Assembly (NCBI GenBank): GCA_963793425.1
Contig: CAWCAG010000009.1
Span: 736,001-800,000, forward strand
Origin: an uncultured cyanobacterium
GTDB lineage: Bacteria; Cyanobacteriota; Cyanobacteriia; Cyanobacteriales; CAWCAG01
DNA: 64,000 bases
Direction: 5' to 3'
Each line of letters begins with the position of its first letter. The first letter of the stretch is position 1. Of this stretch, positions 1 through 9,578 are shown piece after piece. The position numbers were made by a program, and so were the translations under genes. The notes under the pieces were generated by a model. It saw only the letters and a program-made list of their open reading frames with translations, made no database searches and was not told the origin of the DNA.

Positions 1-815
1 AATGTCAAGGTTATGAAAAACTATCTAACTTTGACGGTTTGCCTGAAGGTTGGCATTTATTTAAGGTTAATTTAGCTCAAAGTGATGAGTTATTAAGTAA
101 AAATCATCCATCTTTATCGTGGCCAAAAAAGGTTAGGCTTAACTTTGTGGGAGGTTTGCGTTTAGGAAAAGGTAATCAATTCTTTGATTTTGCACCTCCT
201 CAGCTAAAGTTAGCAGGTAATACTCATTCCCAACAAATTTTAGTCAATAGCAAAGTTTTGGAGAATACAAAAAGTGGATTGTATCAACTTCCAGAAGACT
301 CACCTAAAAATACTAAAATTAATATAGAAGTTTGTCAGGATAACGAGATTATCAAAACTAAATCGTTAACTTTAGTAGAAAGTTACATCTCGCCTCATAA
401 TTATGACCTTAAATTAGATATTTTTGGTGACAAAACTAGCAAAGATGAATACATAAATGGGGCTATTGTAGAAAAAATAAATATTCCCCCATTTAATTTT
501 AACACCTTACTTCCTGTACAAGGAAAACAAAGAATTATTTTGCTTGGTTCAGAAGTAGGACAAATTGCCAAGGCAACTGAAGAAATTGATTGGTCACCTG
601 TTTGGGCCATAGCAATGTCCCGCAAAGGTCAAGCTATATTTTGTGGTAACAATATCAATAATTCTCAACCCATAACTCACACTTCTACAAACAATAAACA
701 ACGAAAACAATGGAAAGATATTTTATGGACTAAACGCAAAAAAATTACTCCTCCTCAAAATTCTACTCTAAGAAAACTTTGGAATCAATATCAACAGGAA
801 GCTAAGAGTGTTTAA
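1..815 (+). CDS. 5'-truncated hypothetical protein, probable Druantia accessory subunit (DruC-like position)
   Basis: Frame is open from base 3 (CQGYEKLSNFDGLPEGW...), so the gene starts before the window. Stop overlaps the next ORF. Assignment is from operon position only. Confidence 0.55.
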   Translation, partial: CQGYEKLSNFDGLPEGWHLFKVNLAQSDELLSKNHPSLSWPKKVRLNFVGGLRLGKGNQFFDFAPPQLKLAGNTHSQQILVNSKVLENTKSGLYQLPEDSPKNTKINIEVCQDNEIIKTKSLTLVESYISPHNYDLKLDIFGDKTSKDEYINGAIVEKINIPPFNFNTLLPVQGKQRIILLGSEVGQIAKATEEIDWSPVWAIAMSRKGQAIFCGNNINNSQPITHTSTNNKQRKQWKDILWTKRKKITPPQNSTLRKLWNQYQQEAKSV

Positions 816-1821
816 TAATAGCGATATTTTACTTTATGCACTATCTACCAAGCAGGAAATGTCCTGGACTACTTTTAAAAAAGCATTTAGCGAATTGTCT
901 AAAAGAGGATTAGATAGCCACAGTTTAGAGTTAGAAGAAACCAGGAAATTTAGAAATCAAACCAGACGTTATTTAAGCGCATTGGCACACTGCGAATTTA
1001 TTTTTAATGAAAGTAAGGGTCAAGTTTATGGTTGTCCTCCGACTTTAGCAAGAATACCTTCTTTAGGCTTTCCTCAAGCTATTTTAACAGGAGTGCGATT
1101 CTCCTCTGGAGACGCTTCGCGAACGCAAGAATCTGTAGAAAAATTACAACAGCATTGTAAATCTAAAGGTATTAATCTCGAACAAACTAAACAGCCAGGT
1201 AAATTGTCATTAATTCCTACCCGTATAGCCCTACAAGCAGAAGATATCAGCGAATTGCAACAACTAGCTAATTCTCTCAATTTTACTTTTTTAGACAATC
1301 CTCCTGCTTGGTCAGTTAGTTATTTTTCTGGCTCTCTACAAGATTATCAACAAAGTTTAACTTGGTCACAACAAAGAGAACTTAATTGGGAAAAGCAGGA
1401 ATTTAATCTCAAAAACTTTGCGTTTCAAAATAATTCATTAAATAGTCGTATTTCTCTAAGACAATATACTCATCCCAAAAAGAGTACTAAAGTTTATTAT
1501 TTGTGGAAAAGTCAAGAAAATGTAGAAGTAGATTTGGCATGGGGGAAATACTTTGTATTCAAAGAAACCAATAAAAATATTATTACCTACGATGCTAAAA
1601 AGTTTCTCCTTGCAGTTCCAATAGGCGCAAAATTACCTAAGTTACTTGATAGGGCTTTAACTCTTTGTTCTGGTTATATTCCTAAATTTGTCGAAAAAAT
1701 ACCCAAGATTGACAAAAATATTTACGGCTTTGATATTTACCAATCTGTACCACCACAAATTGCCCAAATTACTTCACAAAAACTAGGTCAAACTCTCAAT
1801 CAAAAATCCCTAACAACTTAA
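808..1821 (+). CDS. Hypothetical protein, probable Druantia DruD-like subunit (337 aa)
   Basis: GTG start overlaps the upstream stop and the gene ends 9 bp before the helicase. Size and position fit the gene before druE in type I systems. Carries a 24-nt in-frame insertion. Confidence 0.55.
   Translation: MFNNSDILLYALSTKQEMSWTTFKKAFSELSKRGLDSHSLELEETRKFRNQTRRYLSALAHCEFIFNESKGQVYGCPPTLARIPSLGFPQAILTGVRFSSGDASRTQESVEKLQQHCKSKGINLEQTKQPGKLSLIPTRIALQAEDISELQQLANSLNFTFLDNPPAWSVSYFSGSLQDYQQSLTWSQQRELNWEKQEFNLKNFAFQNNSLNSRISLRQYTHPKKSTKVYYLWKSQENVEVDLAWGKYFVFKETNKNIITYDAKKFLLAVPIGAKLPKLLDRALTLCSGYIPKFVEKIPKIDKNIYGFDIYQSVPPQIAQITSQKLGQTLNQKSLTT
1100..1123. mobile_element. 24-nt small dispersed repeat (SDR)-like insertion in a split HIP1 site
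   Basis: GCGAT[TCTCCTCTGGAGACGCTTCGCGAA]CGC. Removing 24 nt restores GCGATCGC and keeps the frame. Internal hairpin TCTCC-TCT-GGAGA. Confidence 0.75.
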
Positions 1822-1830
1822 AAACAACTT

Positions 1831-4800
1831 ATGTATGACCCCATAGGCGCATTTGAGACTATCCGCGATAACTTTTTGCTTTATATCAAAACAGCTTTTG
1901 GTACAAGGTTTCCTAAAATAGAAGAGGAAAGGGAAAACCTATTACGGGAACCAGGAGAGTTAAATAAACCGGGAGTATTTCATCAAGAGCCTTGGATTGA
2001 ACCATTACCACAATACGAAACTTCAGGTAAAAAAGTTCAGCAGTTAACTATTGATGATACTCCAAAATTGGACGAGAAAACTTTAAAAGAGTTTCAGAAT
2101 TTAGCAGCTTGTGGCTTGATGGGAGACTATCAATTGTATAGCCACCAATTAGAAATGTTGGGTAAAAGTTTATCTGGGCAAGATGTTGTTGTAACTGCGG
2201 GTACAGGCTCTGGCAAAACTGAGTCTTTCCTCTTACCTTTATTTGCTTATTTAACCAAAGAATCTCAAAATTGGCAGTCTTTAAAGGAAGAAGATCCCCA
2301 TCTTAATGACTGGTGGAGTAACAAAGATTGGCAAGATAAATGCAATCCAATTATTAAAGAAAATCGCTCCATGAAGCGTTCTTATCGAGTATCTCAAAGA
2401 GGGAATGAAACCAGAGATGCTGCTGTTAGGGCGATAATTTTGTACCCAATGAATGCCTTAGTAGAAGATCAACTTACTCGACTACGTAAAGCTTTAGATT
2501 CTGATCAAGCTAGAGAATGGTTTAAAAATAGTAGGTCAGGAAATCGCATTTATTTTGGCAGATATAACGGTGTTACTCCTGTACCAGGACATGAAAACAC
2601 AAAAACTAGTAAACCCAATAAAAAAAAGATAGACGAACTTTTAGAAGTTATGCAGCAGATAGATCATTCTGCAACTGCTGCTGAACAATATGGCCAAGAA
2701 AAAGGAGATAAAGAAGTTAGATTCTTTTTTCCTCGCTTAGATGGTTCAGAAATGCGCTGTCGTTGGGATATGCAAGATGCGCCTCCAGATATTCTTATTA
2801 CTAACTACAGTATGTTGAGTATCATGCTGATGCGAGATGTAGATAAAGAAATATTTGCTAAGACAAAAGCATGGTTAGAGAAGCCTGAAAGTATTTTCCA
2901 TCTTATTGTTGATGAATTACACCTTTATCGAGGAACTCAAGGTACAGAAGTTGCTTATTTACTGAGGCTTTTTCTCCAGCGTTTAGGTCTTTATCCAGGG
3001 CATCCTAAATTAAGAGTATTAGCTTCTAGTGCTTCTCTTGAACCTAACGACGAGCAGAGTTTAAAGTTTTTATCAGAGTTTTTTGGTACAGAATGGAAAC
3101 CAGAACAAATTGTACCAGGAAAACAGCAAGAAATCCCAGCTATTCAAGAACGAGATTTCTTAGATAGTCAAATTTTTATTGATTTAGTTGAGGAAAAAGA
3201 ACGAAATGGCAACTCAGAAGAATTAAAAGCATCACCTCAATATAAAAAGTGTGAAGAATTTATTGAATCTCACCAAGATAATGTTATTGCAAGAATGTTA
3301 AATGCTTGCCGTGATAAGGAAAAAAATCAAACTCGTGCAGTTTCTTTTACGCAATTTGCTGAAGGTATTTTTGGTAAACATTTAGAACCAGAAACAAGCA
3401 AAAAAGCTGCCAGAGGACTATTAATTACCAGAGGTTTATTAGCAAACAATAATTTACCTGCCTTCAGATTACACTTATTCTTTCGTAATATTGAAGGCTT
3501 ATGGGCTTGTCCTCAGCCTCATAATTCCAGTTTGGAAAGCAAAACTAACCAAAAGCCTCCTGTAGGCAAACTTTTTGTTAAAAATCCTCCCATTCGTTAT
3601 AAAAACAATCGTGTCTTAGAATTATTGCGATGTGAACAATGTGGCACAGTATTTTTCGGCGGTAGTCGTCTTGAATTAGAAGGCAATAAAGGTTGGGAAT
3701 TACTACCTATAGAACCAGATATTGAGGGAATACCAGATAGACAAGTTGGTCAATTTTTAGAACAAAGAACTTACCAAGAATATGCTATTTTTTGGCCGGA
3801 CAGAGATATTCATATAGAAGCTAAGAAAGAATGGAAAAAAGCTTACTTAAATGCAAATAGTAGTGAAGTAAAATTAGATGACCCAGAAAACAGCGAAGAA
3901 AATAATATCAAAGGTTATATATTCTATCTAAAGAACAAAAATATTAATATAGGGGCGCAGCCTTCAATTTGTCCTTGTTGTGCAGTAGACTATAGTAAAC
4001 GTAGAACTATAAAATCTCCCATTCGGGGTTTCCGTAGTGGCTTTTCTAAGGTTAGCCAGTTACTTTCCAAAGAGCTTTTTTACCAATTACCTGAAAATGA
4101 GGAAAGTCGTAAGTTGGTAGTATTTTCTGATAGCCGAGAGAATGCGGCTTCTCTATCTAATGGAATGGAAAGAACTCACTATAGCGATCTGATCCGTGAA
4201 GCAATATTTTATGAATTGGAACAGTTAGCTATAGGTCAGCCTTGTTTGTTAGAAGATATTCAAAAGTATGGTAAAGCGACAACTGCTAAAGCAGCAGAAT
4301 TTGCACGACTTTATCCTGATATCTCTGGAAAAATTGCCAAGCATTTGAAGCGTATATCTCGACCATTGCCAGAAGGTTTAGACCCTGAAGATTTAGAAGA
4401 CTTGCGCGAAAGAAAAGAATCATCACAAGCTTTTATCAAAAACATAGAAAAAATAGGTGAGACTCATATTGTTCCTCTCAAAGTGATGCTTGAAGGAAAT
4501 AAGGAAACTCCTGGACAGCTAATTCAAAGATTAGTAAATTTAGGTGTTAATCCGGCTGGTTATGATATTTATTCCCAAGAATACAGATATGAAGGCAGAA
4601 TTTACAATTGGACTAACTTCTTTGACTTTTCTTTTAGTCCTCCACAATGGAAAGATTTGCCCAATCAGCAGTTAGATATTCGTGACAGAAAAATAACCGA
4701 AAAGCTTAAGTTAGAAGTATGTTTAATCTTTTTCAATCGTTTGTTTTATAGCATAGAATCTTCAGGATTAGGTTATCCTTGCTTGCAGTTGGAAGGAATG

Positions 4801-7527
4801 GAAAAATTTGCAGAAAGTTTAAAAGTTAAAACTACTGTTTTTGCTGATATAGCTAATGGTTGCTTAAGAATTCTTGGAGATTCCTATCGCTATCCTAACG
4901 AATATCCCGTTGATGACTGGAGGGATTGGCAAGATGCTAATCCTCGGCTAAAAAACTATGTTGCTAGGTGCGCCCACAATAATCAACTTGATGAAACAAA
5001 ATTAAAAGCAGCTTTATGGTCAGCTATTTGTGAACAAGGACACCAATGGTTGAAAATTAGTCCCCTACATTTATATTTTAAAGTAGCAACAAAAAATGAC
5101 CCTGTTTGGCAATGTACCTTCTGTAGTCGTCCTCATCTTCATCATTCAGGAGGAATTTGTACCAACTGTAATGAAGTTTTGCCTAGTGAACCTAATAAAA
5201 GTTGTACTGATTTGTATAGCCGTAATTACTACGCAACAGAAGCAGTAAATAAACGCCAGCCGATTAGATTTCATTGTGAAGAATTAACTGGACAAACAGA
5301 TAATCAAGGTGAAAGACAAAGGCACTTTCGTAATATTGTTATCAACACCGGAAAAGAAGACCGTCCGTTTATTCCTAAAGTAGACACAATTGACCTGCTT
5401 AGCGTTACTACAACAATGGAAGTTGGGGTTGATATTGGTAATTTAATGGCTGTGGTCTTAGCTAATATGCCACCGATGCGCTTTAATTATCAACAACGTG
5501 CCGGACGTGCAGGTCGTCGAGGGCAAGCTTTTGCGATTAATTTAACTCTTTGTCGCGGTAATAGTCACGATGATTTTTATTACCAACATCCAGAAAAAAT
5601 TACTGGTGATCCTCCCCCTGTCCCTTTTCTTTCTATGTCTCAGCAAGAAATTCTCCAAAGAATGTTAGCAAAAGAGTGTTTGCGACGGGCATTTTTAAAT
5701 GCAGGAGTTAAATATTGGGAAGTAAGTAAACCACCTGATAGTCATGGAGAATTTGGTTTCGTAACTAGTGAGAAAAAACCAAAAGGTTGGCAAGAAAATG
5801 AAACTCGCCGAGATTCTGTTAAGGAATGGTTAGAAAATAAGCCAGATGTTCAAGAAATAGTTAAAGCTTTACTTGTTGGTGTGAAAAATGTAGATGCTGA
5901 AGAACTAGAATTGTACGGTCGTTGTGACCTTTTTGATGCTATTGAACACTGTGTTCGTAACCTAGAATTAACAGGGAAAGGACTAGCAGAACGTCTAGCC
6001 GAAGGGGGCGTATTACCAATGTATGGAATGCCTTCTAGAGTTAGAAATTTGTATCATCATAAGCCTCAAGGAGGTATTCAGCCTGCGGAAATTGACCGAG
6101 ATTTAGACTTAGCAATAACTGAATTTGCCCCAGGTTCAGAAAAAACCAAAGATAAAAGAATTTATCAGTCAATTGGTTTTACTGCACCCTTGTTATTAGA
6201 TAAAAAAAGTCTTGTAGCTGCTGATAAACCTTTATCAGAACGTAAGTGGATGTTTCGATGTAGTTGTTGCCAGCACACCGATATAAAAGAGACAGAATTT
6301 GATAATGAAGAATGTCCTACTTGCCAAGCTAAACCAGAGGTTGAAAATCAACCAGGGTTTCGAGTATTTCAATGGGCTGTGCCATTGGGTTTTCGTACTA
6401 CCTTAAAACCTGGAAGTGATGCTAAAAGTGAGTATAGTATATTAACTGCTGGCGCTGGCAGTGTTGCAGAATCAAAACCACAAGAGTTTAAGAAATCACT
6501 TTCAACTAATAGTCAAATTGCTTTCGCCCCCAAGGGCAGAGTTTTTCGCATTAATGATAATCAGGGTCAGTTATTTCAAGGAAGCATAGGAAAAACAACA
6601 GGAAATAAATCATTAAACCAACAGTGGATTGATAAAAGATTTCAAGAACGTAGTAGAGATTACGATAGTAAAGGGGTTAAATTTGAACCAAATGGTGAAG
6701 ATGAAGCTATAGCTATTGTGGCTCCTAAAACTACTGGCGTACTAAGAATACAACCAGTTAATGTACCAGCAGGTTTGTGTTTAGACCCCCTAAAATTTGG
6801 TTCTGGAGTTAAATCAGCCTTCTATTCTGCTGCATTTATTATTCGTTCTGTAGTAGCAGAAAAATTAGATATTTCCCCAGAAGAATTAGATATTAGTAAC
6901 CTGCGTCAAGTAGAAGTAAATGGTCGTAAAGTAGGAGAAATTATTATTAGCGATCGCTTAGCTAATGGTTCTGGTTTTACAGATTGGTTATATCAAAACT
7001 GGCAACAAATTATTCAAGAAATTATTAAACCTAATTCCACTAAATTAAGTAGCAGTTTCGCAAGTTCGTTGATTTCTGAACAACACCGCCAAAAGTGCGA
7101 CTCTTCTTGTTATGATTGCCTCAGACAATATCGCAATATTAACTATCATGGTTTACTAGATTGGCGCTTAGGAATATCTTTACTGAAAATTCTCGCTAAT
7201 GAAGCTGAAAAATGCGGTTTAGAAGGAGACTTTTCTGCACCAGAACTTAAAAACTGGTTAGAACAAGCAACAGAATCAAGAGATAGTTTCTGCACTTCCT
7301 TTAGTTCCTGTAAGCCTCAATCTTTTGGAAAGTTACCAGGTTTTGAGGTAGGTAATAAACAGGTGATAATTGTTCATCCCCTCTGGAATCTGAAACCAGA
7401 AAGTAGAATAGGAATATTGGCAGATGCGGTTTCCAATACATCGACGAGGGAAATAGAACCTAAATTTTTAGATAGTTTTAATCTTTTGCATCGCCCTAGC
7501 TGGTGTTATCAAAAAGCTTTAAATTAA
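1831..7527 (+). CDS. Large SF2 DEAD/DEAH-box helicase with C-terminal DUF1998-type Zn domain; DruE-like
   Basis: Walker A GTGSGKTE, YPMNALVEDQ, DELH, TTTMEVGVDIG, QRAGRAGRR, several CxxC pairs, C-terminal CDSSCYDCL; 1898 aa. Confidence 0.85.
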   Translation: MYDPIGAFETIRDNFLLYIKTAFGTRFPKIEEERENLLREPGELNKPGVFHQEPWIEPLPQYETSGKKVQQLTIDDTPKLDEKTLKEFQNLAACGLMGDYQLYSHQLEMLGKSLSGQDVVVTAGTGSGKTESFLLPLFAYLTKESQNWQSLKEEDPHLNDWWSNKDWQDKCNPIIKENRSMKRSYRVSQRGNETRDAAVRAIILYPMNALVEDQLTRLRKALDSDQAREWFKNSRSGNRIYFGRYNGVTPVPGHENTKTSKPNKKKIDELLEVMQQIDHSATAAEQYGQEKGDKEVRFFFPRLDGSEMRCRWDMQDAPPDILITNYSMLSIMLMRDVDKEIFAKTKAWLEKPESIFHLIVDELHLYRGTQGTEVAYLLRLFLQRLGLYPGHPKLRVLASSASLEPNDEQSLKFLSEFFGTEWKPEQIVPGKQQEIPAIQERDFLDSQIFIDLVEEKERNGNSEELKASPQYKKCEEFIESHQDNVIARMLNACRDKEKNQTRAVSFTQFAEGIFGKHLEPETSKKAARGLLITRGLLANNNLPAFRLHLFFRNIEGLWACPQPHNSSLESKTNQKPPVGKLFVKNPPIRYKNNRVLELLRCEQCGTVFFGGSRLELEGNKGWELLPIEPDIEGIPDRQVGQFLEQRTYQEYAIFWPDRDIHIEAKKEWKKAYLNANSSEVKLDDPENSEENNIKGYIFYLKNKNINIGAQPSICPCCAVDYSKRRTIKSPIRGFRSGFSKVSQLLSKELFYQLPENEESRKLVVFSDSRENAASLSNGMERTHYSDLIREAIFYELEQLAIGQPCLLEDIQKYGKATTAKAAEFARLYPDISGKIAKHLKRISRPLPEGLDPEDLEDLRERKESSQAFIKNIEKIGETHIVPLKVMLEGNKETPGQLIQRLVNLGVNPAGYDIYSQEYRYEGRIYNWTNFFDFSFSPPQWKDLPNQQLDIRDRKITEKLKLEVCLIFFNRLFYSIESSGLGYPCLQLEGMEKFAESLKVKTTVFADIANGCLRILGDSYRYPNEYPVDDWRDWQDANPRLKNYVARCAHNNQLDETKLKAALWSAICEQGHQWLKISPLHLYFKVATKNDPVWQCTFCSRPHLHHSGGICTNCNEVLPSEPNKSCTDLYSRNYYATEAVNKRQPIRFHCEELTGQTDNQGERQRHFRNIVINTGKEDRPFIPKVDTIDLLSVTTTMEVGVDIGNLMAVVLANMPPMRFNYQQRAGRAGRRGQAFAINLTLCRGNSHDDFYYQHPEKITGDPPPVPFLSMSQQEILQRMLAKECLRRAFLNAGVKYWEVSKPPDSHGEFGFVTSEKKPKGWQENETRRDSVKEWLENKPDVQEIVKALLVGVKNVDAEELELYGRCDLFDAIEHCVRNLELTGKGLAERLAEGGVLPMYGMPSRVRNLYHHKPQGGIQPAEIDRDLDLAITEFAPGSEKTKDKRIYQSIGFTAPLLLDKKSLVAADKPLSERKWMFRCSCCQHTDIKETEFDNEECPTCQAKPEVENQPGFRVFQWAVPLGFRTTLKPGSDAKSEYSILTAGAGSVAESKPQEFKKSLSTNSQIAFAPKGRVFRINDNQGQLFQGSIGKTTGNKSLNQQWIDKRFQERSRDYDSKGVKFEPNGEDEAIAIVAPKTTGVLRIQPVNVPAGLCLDPLKFGSGVKSAFYSAAFIIRSVVAEKLDISPEELDISNLRQVEVNGRKVGEIIISDRLANGSGFTDWLYQNWQQIIQEIIKPNSTKLSSSFASSLISEQHRQKCDSSCYDCLRQYRNINYHGLLDWRLGISLLKILANEAEKCGLEGDFSAPELKNWLEQATESRDSFCTSFSSCKPQSFGKLPGFEVGNKQVIIVHPLWNLKPESRIGILADAVSNTSTREIEPKFLDSFNLLHRPSWCYQKALN

Positions 7528-7584
7528 TTAGAGCAATTTAGTATTAGTGGCCGAATGTAGATGGATTATGTTATCCTTAGTATT

Positions 7585-7678
7585 GATCCGGACCTACGCG
7601 ATCGCAACGCTCAAACCTTGTCAGAACCGGAAGGTAGCAGCAATACGAGATGCTTGTGATAGGCGTAGAATCCGGGTC
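7585..7678 (+). ncRNA. ffs: Signal recognition particle RNA (4.5S)
   Basis: Domain IV-like motif TCAGAACCGGAAGGTAGCAGC. Termini GATCCGG and CCGGGTC pair; about 94 nt. Confidence 0.92.
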
Positions 7679-7684
7679 TTTTGC

Positions 7685-9106
7685 TTAGATCAAGGATTTC
7701 AGCATTGCTTGCAGCTTAATTTGAACCTCAGCAAACTCTTTCCGAGGCTGAGAACCCGCGACAATACCTGCCCCTGCATAGAGTCGGGCGCTATTTCCCC
7801 TAATTAGAGCAGAACGAATACCAACAATAAACTCGCCGTTACCTTGATAATCTACCCAACCTAAAGGGGCAGCATATAAAGAACGTTCAAAGCTTTCATA
7901 GCGACAAATTTCTTCACAAGCTATGGGGGTAGGGACTCCAGCCACCGCAGGAGTAGGATGGAGTTGGGCCACAATATCCAAAAGGTTGATATCCCCTGGA
8001 ACTTCGGCTGTAATCTTTGTCCAGAGATGTTGAATGTTAGAAAGGCGCAATACCCGCAGAGGATATTGGAGAGGCTTTAAACCTAATTCTAAGAGGCGTT
8101 GAGTAATAAATTTACTAACTGCCTGATGTTCCCGTCGTTCTTTTTGAGAACTGAATAGTTGGTTGGCTAAACGCCTATCCTCACAAAAGCTTTTTCCCCT
8201 TGGTGCAGATCCGGCCAAAGCATCAGTAACTAGTTGGTTATTTTGGATACTAATCAAACGTTCTGGACTTGCGCCAACAAAGTTATCTCCTCGACCATTA
8301 CTAAGAGAAAATATGTAACAGTCAGGATGCCTTTTTCTTAAATTATACAACGAATTAATCAGCTTAAAAGGCTCCGGCGAAGTAACATCTAAAGCATGGG
8401 CAAGAACAATTTTACTAAACTTATTAGCCTGGATCGATTTTAAAGCTGAAGCAACTGCTGAAGTGAATTGATGGGAACTATCAGATTTAGGGTTTTTGCT
8501 AAACTGTATATGGTGTTTACTCGTAAAATGAAGTTTTAAAGGAACAGAAGAATTAATTGTTTTGATTTGTTGTTTTAGTTGGTTTATGGTGAATGCTATA
8601 TCTGTATGAGGATAAATAGCTAAATTAGCCACTAAAACACAACGACCTTTTTTATGTGCTATTTGTAACTTCGGTAAGAATATTGTTGCTGAAGGAAAAG
8701 GAGAGTTATTACTTGGTTTTTTAGCAACAAAGGTAAAGCTACAGAAAAAATGAGGACCGGCAAAAGGTAAATGAAGATCACCAACTTTAACGATTTGTTT
8801 TTGACAATCCTGAATAAATTGTTGGGATTGCCTAAAGCGAGCTTTAGTCTCTATAGTAAGAGATTGAACAGTACCATAACCAGCGATCGCTTCTTGTTTT
8901 CGAGGGTTTTCCCAATAGAAATGAATTTGATTCGGCTGGGCTATTTTTTGACATATAGCCAAAGGGTCTATATGGTTAATTTCTTGAGACAAGCTAACAA
9001 TTTGTAAACAACCTTTGCTTCGAGATTTCTCTTGGCAAGTTAAAAGAAACTGATGTAGTTCTCGCTCGTCTTGCAGAATTCGATCGCGGTAAGGAATGGC
9101 TAGCAT
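7685..9106 (-). CDS. menF: Isochorismate synthase
   Basis: KIVLA, FVGASPERL, ALAGSAPRG, LHPTPAVAG, YAGAGIVAGS motifs; near menA and menD. Confidence 0.92.
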   Translation of the reverse strand: MLAIPYRDRILQDERELHQFLLTCQEKSRSKGCLQIVSLSQEINHIDPLAICQKIAQPNQIHFYWENPRKQEAIAGYGTVQSLTIETKARFRQSQQFIQDCQKQIVKVGDLHLPFAGPHFFCSFTFVAKKPSNNSPFPSATIFLPKLQIAHKKGRCVLVANLAIYPHTDIAFTINQLKQQIKTINSSVPLKLHFTSKHHIQFSKNPKSDSSHQFTSAVASALKSIQANKFSKIVLAHALDVTSPEPFKLINSLYNLRKRHPDCYIFSLSNGRGDNFVGASPERLISIQNNQLVTDALAGSAPRGKSFCEDRRLANQLFSSQKERREHQAVSKFITQRLLELGLKPLQYPLRVLRLSNIQHLWTKITAEVPGDINLLDIVAQLHPTPAVAGVPTPIACEEICRYESFERSLYAAPLGWVDYQGNGEFIVGIRSALIRGNSARLYAGAGIVAGSQPRKEFAEVQIKLQAMLKSLI

Positions 9107-9578
9107 GGAGGTAGGTGTCTTAAAAAAAGGTCATTTTTCTTTTTTCACCTCTATTGAACATTAAATGCTATGTCCAACAGAGGTGGGGTTGCTGTCCTTG
9201 TCACTACCAGGCTTCCACAGACATCGGCTAGGGGTTTGGGTTGACCTATTCCGAGTCAAGATGCTTGGAGTTATCAGATGGCTGGTTGGATGCTATATAT
9301 CCAACACATTTGGTAATATTCTGGACAAATTTTAACCTGGACGCGGGAAAATTCACCCTTTACTGAACTAGTTTAGTTTGTATCCCTGATGTTTCAGTCA
9401 GTTAATGGCTATTATTGAAATTCCCTCCAGACTATTGCTTGTCTTAGAGCAACTACTGTTTTGATTATTGTCCCTTATCTGTTGTTAAATTAACAGTTGG
9501 ACAATCCTCAAACTGCTAACTGAGTTGTCTAAGTCAAATCAAGATATCAGTTTCAAGTAATTAAATCAATTTCGTCTA

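Noticed and set aside
1831..7527. DISARM, or a PLD-fused helicase
   Set aside because: Helicase and DUF1998 are in one polypeptide with no HKD motif noticed, and no methylase is present in the window. A Druantia-like system fits better.
7547..7807. 86-aa ORF
   Set aside because: Overlaps ffs and the menF 3' end in antisense; no protein features.
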